Positions 44,944 to 50,407 of a stretch of 50,407 nt of DNA are shown here, one piece after another. Origin of the DNA: a virus. The notes below the pieces were generated by a model that saw nothing but the letters and a program-made list of their open reading frames with translations, made no database searches and had not been told where the DNA came from. How positions within the stretch are numbered: position 1 is the stretch's first letter; each line of letters opens with the position of its first letter. The position numbers and the translations under genes are program-made. The DNA lies in the IMG/VR virus record IMGVR_UViG_3300045988_150894, positions 1-50,407 of that record; one strand, given 5' to 3'.

Positions 44944-45662
44944 AAAGTAATAACACTAAATTAGCATTGCCAAGAATTTTAATCTATCAAGATGAAGACT
45001 GTAAAATCCTGGTAGATTATTTGGTGTATAACGGCTTTCAAGTAATAACCTCAACTGAGAATGATATACTAATCAAAATCAGAGAAAAGAATTATGACTT
45101 ATGCATATTAAGCCATTATAAAACAACAGATGCCTCTATGAGGCTAAAGCTATTAAAATTTTTGCGCAAATCAGATGATAAAATACCAGTAATAATGGTA
45201 TCAGACAAGGCCCGATATGAGTATGTTATTGAAGCATTCGATGAAGGTGCAGATGATTACGTTATAAGGCCATATAACATTGAAGAGCTTATAAGAAGAA
45301 TAAAAGCTGTTTTGAAAAGATGTGGTGTGCGAGTAAGAAGTATAGAGCCATCTTATGAGATAGGCGATTACCTGTTTAATACAGTAGATAAAATTCTTAC
45401 TATAGGCAGTGTAAAAACACAGCTTAATAATAAACAAAGTCAAGTTCTTGCTTTACTATGTGCCTATAAAAATGAAACATTACCTAAGAAAATACTTATG
45501 CAACAAGTATGGACTGATGATAACTACTTTAATAAACGTAGCTTAGATGTCCATATATGTATGTTGCGAAATATGCTTAAAATGGATAACCAAGTAGCTA
45601 TAGAAACCATACGAGGAGTCGGTTATTCTCTCGTTATAGAAGAAGATGAAAGCTTAATGTAA
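44940..45662 (+). CDS. OmpR/PhoB-family winged-helix regulator with a degenerate (probably non-phosphorylatable) receiver domain
   Basis: The receiver-like N-terminus is 'RILIYQDEDCKIL...YDLCILSHY...PVIMVSDKA...GADDYVIRPY'. Ser sits where the phospho-accepting Asp is expected, and Arg where the conserved Lys is expected. The C-terminus 'LNNKQSQVLALL...SLDVHICMLRNML...IETIRGVGYSL' is a trans_reg_C winged helix. Confidence 0.75.
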   Translation: MKSNNTKLALPRILIYQDEDCKILVDYLVYNGFQVITSTENDILIKIREKNYDLCILSHYKTTDASMRLKLLKFLRKSDDKIPVIMVSDKARYEYVIEAFDEGADDYVIRPYNIEELIRRIKAVLKRCGVRVRSIEPSYEIGDYLFNTVDKILTIGSVKTQLNNKQSQVLALLCAYKNETLPKKILMQQVWTDDNYFNKRSLDVHICMLRNMLKMDNQVAIETIRGVGYSLVIEEDESLM

Positions 45663-45665
45663 AAA

Positions 45666-45693
45666 AGGCAGACTACTTTTCTGTAGTCTGCCT
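45666..45693. terminator. Bidirectional terminator between convergent genes
   Basis: A perfect 11-bp stem aggcagactac / gtagtctgcct with a 6-nt loop, an A6 run upstream and T-rich sequence downstream. Confidence 0.8.
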
Positions 45694-45714
45694 TATATTT
45701 CTCTCGTTCACTTG

Positions 45715-46191
45715 TTAAGCTACACGCTTTTTGAAATTCTTCAAAAAATACAAGCTCATTTTTCCTGTCACAAAATCCTCATCTTGATTGCCTGTATGAA
45801 AACACTTAAGGCCATATTTATTGGTATAAACCTTAAAATCACCGCGTAATTCTCTCGTTCCAGTTTGGTTATTAAACCACCACACTCTAATATGATTTGC
45901 ATCAAGCCATTTTATTTGCTGCTGAATATATTTGGTAAGGTCCTCATATTCATCATAATTGGCTTGGTCTTCAACATACGGAACAAAAGTACATTCTATA
46001 AGGTCTGAGTCATCAACTGCTTTCCAATCATCTTCTATATAAAAATTATTGGAAAACATTTCAGATACCTCATTGGCTTCTTCCAAATTGTCTTCGTCTA
46101 ATGGCTCTTCGCCATAATACAAAAAGCAAAAAGCATCATTTGATATTTGCAAAGTCTGCTTTTTGCTGTAATCTAAAACAAAATTACTCAT
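45715..46191 (-). CDS. Acidic hypothetical protein
   Basis: 158 aa. The N-terminal two-thirds are very D/E-rich ('EEPLDEDNLEEANEVSE', 'EDDWKAVDDSDLIE', 'VEDQANYDEYEDL'). Confidence 0.65.
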   Translation of the reverse strand: MSNFVLDYSKKQTLQISNDAFCFLYYGEEPLDEDNLEEANEVSEMFSNNFYIEDDWKAVDDSDLIECTFVPYVEDQANYDEYEDLTKYIQQQIKWLDANHIRVWWFNNQTGTRELRGDFKVYTNKYGLKCFHTGNQDEDFVTGKMSLYFLKNFKKRVA

Positions 46192-46385
46192 TTATTCTCC
46201 CGTTCTATAGTTTCACGATATTTCTTCTCAAGCTCTGCTATTTCATCTAAAGCAGCTTGAGGCTGAACTAATTGAACAGCAATTGGCAGTTCATTTCCTT
46301 CTTGCATTGCTTGAACTGACTGAGAGCCATCAAGCAAATTCTCTTGCTGTACCTCTTGGGTATTCTCTTGTTCATTTATTTCCAT
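46188..46385 (-). CDS. Small acidic Q/E-rich hypothetical protein
   Basis: 65-aa ORF with an ATGA overlap with the downstream gene. Confidence 0.5.
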   Translation of the reverse strand: MEINEQENTQEVQQENLLDGSQSVQAMQEGNELPIAVQLVQPQAALDEIAELEKKYRETIERENK

Positions 46386-46396
46386 ATTGCAATTAT

Positions 46397-46627
46397 TTAT
46401 TTTTGTTCAACATTTCTCTCGTTGGGCCTTGTGATATTCTCCTGTCCAATTGTGGCGGATATTCTCTCGGCCATTTCCTCTGTTAACTCCTGTACCACAC
46501 TCGGAGTCCAATGTGGACAATTGCTGCATAGTCCACTGTGCACGCGGGCTACACAGCTTGTACATTCAAGCATAAGCTGTTTAATCATAATGGCCATGCG
46601 GCTTTTATGTATTCTAGTGTGTAACAT
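46397..46627 (-). CDS. Small putative zinc-ribbon protein
   Basis: 76 aa with 'CTSC...CSNC' (CxxC-x7-CxxC). Confidence 0.5.
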   Translation of the reverse strand: MLHTRIHKSRMAIMIKQLMLECTSCVARVHSGLCSNCPHWTPSVVQELTEEMAERISATIGQENITRPNERNVEQK

Positions 46628-46852
46628 TTTTTAACAGTTTCACTTTTGTTCTTTTATAGGCTAAAGTACAAAATAATCTTGATATAAATTACTGTTTTAC
46701 AGACTTTAACATAAAAATTTTTCACTGGTTTATTGCGGCTTCAAAATAAAAATATAGAGCTCTAAATGCCTCGAAAATATATGAAATTTCATTATTCTCG
46801 TTCATTCTCTCCTCATTTCTTTTTATAGATTTAGTTTACTATTATTCTCAAA

Positions 46853-47077
46853 TAAAAGTGTCCTAGAAGCCAAGAAAATGAGTCAACTTTTTAGCCATAA
46901 ATTTAACAGCTATTTATATAACTGCTTGGTGGCTTAAAGCTCAGGAAAGTCCATGCCTCAATTCATATTATAGGCTTTATAAAAATACATTGATAGATAC
47001 ACTTCTTTTGACCTCTATCGCGTCAAATTGAGTTAACCCATATTATGGTACACCTAAAGCCTAAAAGTGTCCTAGAA
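46853..47077. repeat. Direct repeat TAAAAGTGTCCTAGAA (46853-46868 and 47062-47077), each followed by loosely similar sequence, inside a 596-nt non-coding region
   Basis: Read directly. The copies are 209 nt apart. Confidence 0.6.
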
Positions 47078-47141
47078 CGCGAAAGAAGCATGTTTCTATG
47101 AGTTTACATATTTTAACATAAATCACAATAATACAAAAATA

Positions 47142-47194
47142 GCTGCATACTTAGATATGCAGCAAAAAAAGAGCCGCCTCTTTCGAGACGGCTC
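47142..47194 (-). terminator. Tandem terminator hairpins for the leftward 376-aa gene
   Basis: On the minus strand, gagccgtctc-GAAA-gaggcggctc (10-bp stem, 47194 to 47171) is followed by T7 (47170 to 47164). A second 8-bp hairpin gctgcata/tatgcagc lies at 47163 to 47142. Confidence 0.85.
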
Positions 47195-47223
47195 CATGGG
47201 AGAAACAGTGTCAGGTGGCTGTG

Positions 47224-48354
47224 TTATGCAAGTGACTCCTCTTCAGCTGTAGTCTCAGCAGGAGCTTCGGCAGTTTCTCCATTTACCTGACCGGCAAAAT
47301 ATTCATCCAGCTCCTTCTTTGCATCCTCAAGCTGCTTCTTTTTGGCTTCCAGCTCTTCCTGAGCTTTCTGCAGCTTCTCCTCTGCCTTCTTCACATTCTC
47401 CTCGCAGCGAATTACGCGGTCCTGAGGAGTAAGTGGAGTGCGGGTTGCTGCTGCCTCACGGCGCTCCAGATACTTGGCATTGAGCTGTGCGCCTTCTTCG
47501 TCGAACTCTTCGGCAATCTTAATGCCCCCGGCTTTCACAACCTTGTGCATAGTCTTCATTGCAAGCGGATTGCCTTCGATAGGAGCCGGAACTGAAATGC
47601 GGTAGAGCAAGCGCTGAGCTCGTTTGTCAGGCACGATTGCCACGATACGGCCGATTACCATTTCAATGTGCTCTTCACCGTTTTCGTCTGTAGTACGGTA
47701 TTTCTCAAATTCTACCGGTTTACCTACGTTGCCGATAACTTCGTTAACCTCTTCGGCAATTGCTTCCGGTGTCCATTCAACTTTGTCTGCCGGGTCTTTT
47801 GCTTTGCGAGCACGGGCTTTCTTCTCCGGCTCAACAACTTCGTCCAGAATACGAACAAGATTGCTGTCATGTACCTTAACGATGCGGCGTCCGTCGTCTG
47901 TCTTGATTGCATAGAGTACCTTATTGCTGCGCTTCTCTTCAATCACTCCGGCGATATAGCCGTCAACCCATTCTACGGTGTTGAAAGGAACTGCCTGACA
48001 ACGGTGGTTAACATTCTTCTTCAGCTCTTCGGCCAGTGCATGACGGTCCTCATCGGTCATCTTTGGCTTTTTCTCCTGAGTTGCCTTGCTACTGTTACTC
48101 ATAGGATTAATTCCGCCATTCTCTTCAGCTGCTTTTATAGCCGCTTCTTCTTCTGGTGTCAATGGATTTTCTGTATCTTCGAACTCCTGTACAGAGTTTG
48201 CTACTTCAGACTGTGTTTCTCCTGACACTGAAACTTGGGTCTGTTCACGAGCTGCGAGTACGGCCTCGATAGCCTTCTTGTCTTCATCACTTGCTGTTGC
48301 CAAAAGAGCGTTCAGCTTCTTCGTTGTCATCTGTGAAAATTTCTTTGTTGCCAT
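47224..48354 (-). CDS. GC-rich hypothetical protein with its own host-type promoter
   Basis: 376 aa. It has acidic low-complexity termini, a coiled-coil-like C-terminus ('KKAEEKLQKAQEELEAKKKQLEDAKKELDE') and a central repeat-like pair 'RIVKVHD...' / 'RIVAIVPD...'. Hand-counted GC of sample lines is 45-62%. Confidence 0.8.
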   Translation of the reverse strand: MATKKFSQMTTKKLNALLATASDEDKKAIEAVLAAREQTQVSVSGETQSEVANSVQEFEDTENPLTPEEEAAIKAAEENGGINPMSNSSKATQEKKPKMTDEDRHALAEELKKNVNHRCQAVPFNTVEWVDGYIAGVIEEKRSNKVLYAIKTDDGRRIVKVHDSNLVRILDEVVEPEKKARARKAKDPADKVEWTPEAIAEEVNEVIGNVGKPVEFEKYRTTDENGEEHIEMVIGRIVAIVPDKRAQRLLYRISVPAPIEGNPLAMKTMHKVVKAGGIKIAEEFDEEGAQLNAKYLERREAAATRTPLTPQDRVIRCEENVKKAEEKLQKAQEELEAKKKQLEDAKKELDEYFAGQVNGETAEAPAETTAEEESLA

Positions 48355-48408
48355 AATACTGTAAATTTTGAATTGTTATTAAAATGTTATTGCTTAATTT
48401 TGATATTG

Positions 48409-48416
48409 CAAATATA
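48409..48416 (-). promoter_or_regulatory. Bacteroidota-type -7 box (minus strand: atagTATATTTGcaatatc)
   Basis: TAnnTTTG match 54 nt upstream of the start at 48354. Confidence 0.7.
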
Positions 48417-48503
48417 CTATGTTTTTTTGAATTATTGAGCCGCTTTGGGAACTTTTTTCCAAGTTTTATGTTAAAAAATATCGATTGAGTTTCTTAAACG
48501 GCC

Positions 48504-48743
48504 CTAAGAGTCCGAGAGTACTTTATATCCCTCCTTGCCAAAGAATTTGAGTGCCATATTAGCCAATTTCGTTGTCCCTAAGGCATCCGAAGACGCTACT
48601 ATGATAGCTACACAACCCTCATCATTGGACACGATAGCACAATCCGAAATGACTTCTGTGAAGTTCTCCATACTGTCCAAATTCTCTCGAGTGGCCTCAA
48701 CTTCAAGCCTATAAACCGTTACAAACATTTCATTTCTTGCCAT
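48504..48743 (-). CDS. Hypothetical small protein
   Basis: 79-aa ORF with plausible globular composition. Confidence 0.6.
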   Translation of the reverse strand: MARNEMFVTVYRLEVEATRENLDSMENFTEVISDCAIVSNDEGCVAIIVASSDALGTTKLANMALKFFGKEGYKVLSDS

Positions 48744-48748
48744 GTTAT

Positions 48749-48910
48749 TTAGTTTTTACGGTTTTTGTAACTCTTGCTTACTTCTACACTGAACACGCTG
48801 TGCCAAAAAGCAAATCGGATTGCTGTTTCTGAGTTGTCTTGTTCAACTGCAATTGTTGGTGTCAAAAACAATGTTTCTGACTTGGTTGCTGAAAATTTCA
48901 TTGTTATCAT
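48749..48910 (-). CDS. Possible 53-aa ORF whose leader and first codons duplicate those of the 376-aa gene
   Basis: It is below the ORF-track cutoff. On the minus strand, 'aaatttacagtaatATGataacaatgaaattttca' matches 'aaatttacagtattATGgcaacaaagaaattttca' at 48354. Its stop lies 6 nt before the next start. Confidence 0.35.
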   Translation of the reverse strand: MITMKFSATKSETLFLTPTIAVEQDNSETAIRFAFWHSVFSVEVSKSYKNRKN

Positions 48911-49022
48911 ATTACTGTAAATTTTTATTAGTTGCTCCGCAACAATATTGCGAAAGCAAGGATTAAACTTAGTGCCGCTGTAGGTGTCGCTCCTAAACCG
49001 TTTCTATCCGCAGCGGCTAAGG

Positions 49023-49211
49023 TCATGCATTCTCTTGAGGAGTGCCGTCCCATTCTGTTACTTGCTCGAGTACAATATACCGGCGTTGCTTTGCGCGGCA
49101 CATAAGAGCTGCATAGCTGTCTGCGTCTGTTTTGTTATCAAACTTCTCCACAACTGTGGGATTGAAACCGCCGTTATAGGCAACTGCTACATAAAAAACT
49201 GTTGTTTCCAT
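49023..49211 (-). CDS. Hypothetical small protein
   Basis: 62-aa ORF with a promoter box 27 nt upstream. Confidence 0.6.
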   Translation of the reverse strand: METTVFYVAVAYNGGFNPTVVEKFDNKTDADSYAALMCRAKQRRYIVLEQVTEWDGTPQENA

Positions 49212-49237
49212 ATTTGTTATATCTTTTAAGTTATATG

Positions 49238-49245
49238 CAAATATA
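49238..49245 (-). promoter_or_regulatory. Bacteroidota-type -7 box (minus strand: gtagTATATTTGcatataa)
   Basis: TAnnTTTG match upstream of 49211. Confidence 0.7.
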
Positions 49246-49376
49246 CTACTTTTATTTTAATCTGATTACTGCTTTAAGAACTTTTTTCGTTAAATAATGT
49301 TGGTTATTTTACGTTCATTCTTGCTGCATATTCATTGTTCTCTTGTGAGCCACTCAGGTTTAACCGGCAATCCGTT

Positions 49377-49727
49377 TTATCGAATATTTATGCCGTTCTC
49401 GTCTACTGTAATTACCTCAACCAGCATTGCCTTGCCAAGTATTTCTCTTGTTTCGGTAATTTTCTTGCCGTCCTCTTCACGTTCTACTGTCTCCTTTTTC
49501 GGTTTGTCTTCTTTGTAGATACAGTAAGTGTGTTCGTAGTAGCCGCGCAAATCGTCGCGTTTTGCTGCGTCCTTGATACACTCGAGGATATTTTTTTCGG
49601 CATAGTAGTGGCATTCACTGGCAAACATTCTCTCACCGGTTATTTCCTCGTTGTCAATTCTTACTTTTTCCAACATACTGTTTGGAATGTTCGTCAATAC
49701 GAAACGATAATTACGGTTTACTTTCAT
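49377..49727 (-). CDS. Hypothetical protein
   Basis: 116-aa ORF. It is preferred over the overlapping plus-strand ORFs because of its composition and upstream promoter box. Confidence 0.65.
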   Translation of the reverse strand: MKVNRNYRFVLTNIPNSMLEKVRIDNEEITGERMFASECHYYAEKNILECIKDAAKRDDLRGYYEHTYCIYKEDKPKKETVEREEDGKKITETREILGKAMLVEVITVDENGINIR

Positions 49728-49766
49728 TGCTATAATGTTTTATTGTTATTACTTATTTTATCTATG

Positions 49767-49774
49767 CAAATATA
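49767..49774 (-). promoter_or_regulatory. Bacteroidota-type -7 box (minus strand: ttagTATATTTGcatagat)
   Basis: TAnnTTTG match 40 nt upstream of 49727. Confidence 0.7.
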
Positions 49775-49867
49775 CTAATTATATTTGAACCGGAAAAACT
49801 TTTGAGCAACTTTTTGTGTTAAATTTTGTTTGTAACCTCGGTTGTTTCGTTCGTTATTTCCGATATG

Positions 49868-49875
49868 CAAATATA
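49868..49875 (-). promoter_or_regulatory. Second, tandem -7 box (minus strand: tttgTATATTTGcatatcg), about 100 nt upstream of the previous one
   Basis: TAnnTTTG match. No ORF lies between it and the 49767 box. Confidence 0.55.
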
Positions 49876-50222
49876 CAAATAATATACGAAACACGAAACT
49901 TTTTGGCATATTTTTTTCAGACTATTTTATGGGTGCTAAAAAAATAACATAGAAAAATTCTCAGATTTAAGTCGTGTTAAATCGGATGGTTGTTAACCAC
50001 ATTTAACATTCTGGCAGTTAGCCAAGTAGCACGTACAATAAATCTAAACATGGTGAAATATAGCAGATTAAGAAATGTTAAATTTACGTTAAGAATTGTG
50101 GCTCAATTCCTGTGGCCCAATCTAACATTTCCTAACCTGTTTTGAGCCTCTCAGCCATATAAACTATCATCGCAAGGATTTGAACGCGATACGGGTCACG
50201 ATATTAAGCCAAACAGGCTCGC

Positions 50223-50407
50223 AGGCCAATTGTTAAAGCATGTTGGTGCGAGTTAGGCCAATTGTTAAAGCATGTTGGTGCGAGTTAGGCCAATTGTTAA
50301 AGCCTGCTAACACGCCGGTTTAGAGGCTCGCAGGCCAATTGTTAAAGCCTGTTAACACGCCGGTTTAGAGGCTCGCAGGCCAATTGTTAAAGCATGTTGG
50401 TGCGAGT
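50223..50407. repeat. Terminal iteron array: five units sharing the 17-mer AGGCCAATTGTTAAAGC, arranged A A B B A (A is 32 nt, B is 45 nt)
   Basis: A units lie at 50223-50254, 50255-50286 and 50377-50407 (the last is the same sequence as 1-31). B units lie at 50287-50331 and 50332-50376 and differ at one base. Confidence 0.9.

Noticed and set aside
46943-46952. AGGAAAGTCC, identical to the core of the RNase P RNA CR-I motif
   Set aside because: It is an isolated 10-mer. I found no CR-IV/CR-V motifs in the correct order or any supporting helices, and a chance match is plausible in 100 kb of two-strand sequence.
47624-48364. Plus-strand ORFs 47624..47914, 47668..48225 and 48086..48364, opposite the GC-rich 376-aa gene
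   Set aside because: They are antisense artefacts of a GC-rich region. Their translations are Ser/Phe/Cys/Leu-rich with no start context. The minus-strand gene has a promoter, leader and terminators.
48984-49778. Plus-strand ORFs 48984..49229, 49297..49518 and 49335..49778, overlapping the small leftward genes
   Set aside because: Their translations are implausibly hydrophobic and Cys/Phe-rich and lack promoters. The minus-strand ORFs have balanced composition, and each follows a TATATTTG promoter box.

Overview
The window is essentially one complete genome of a tailed dsDNA phage. Its last 31 nt (50377-50407) repeat its first 31 nt, so the unique length is 50,376 nt and the genome is circular or terminally redundant. 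No tail sheath gene was recognised and there is a 1205-aa tape measure, so it looks siphovirus-like. No integrase or lysogeny module was recognised.

Layout:
- 1-580: repeat-rich non-coding end.
- 582-5074 (+): packaging genes. These are a homing-endonuclease-like ORF, a putative TerS, and a TerL interrupted by a 386-aa LAGLIDADG intein in the Walker A loop.
- 5328-23780 (+): virion genes, including portal, scaffold, major capsid, tape measure and a beta-helix tailspike.
- 23929-25259 (+): a GC-rich, terminator-flanked two-gene cassette encoding cysteine-rich proteins.
- 25339-28023 (+): lysis region with holin, amidase and a spanin-like protein.
- 28367-45662 (+): regulation, replication and nucleotide metabolism. 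This includes an HTH regulator, a DUF2800-type nuclease, DUF2815-type SSB, family A DNA polymerase, AEP-primase/VirE helicase, VRR-NUC, SNF2 helicase, dUTPase, a T4 gp42-like pyrimidine hydroxymethylase, a SAM methyltransferase and an OmpR-like regulator with a degenerate receiver domain.
- 45715-49727 (-): a leftward arm of small genes plus one GC-rich 376-aa gene.

A repeated promoter box TATATTTGCATAT matches the Bacteroidota TAnnTTTG -7 consensus, and start codons lack Shine-Dalgarno sequences. Together these point to a Bacteroidales host.

Most noteworthy observations:
- the TerL intein;
- two tandem tRNA-like genes with canonical acceptor, D and T arms but an aberrant 35-nt anticodon/variable region;
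- the cysteine-rich cassette;
- a probable 5-hydroxymethyl-pyrimidine DNA modification module;
- a 24-bp tandem-repeat gene;
- recurrent ATTCTCGC and GTAAACAA..AGAAACAAT motifs at module boundaries;
- the terminal iteron array.

All functional calls rest on motif recognition by eye. No database search was possible.
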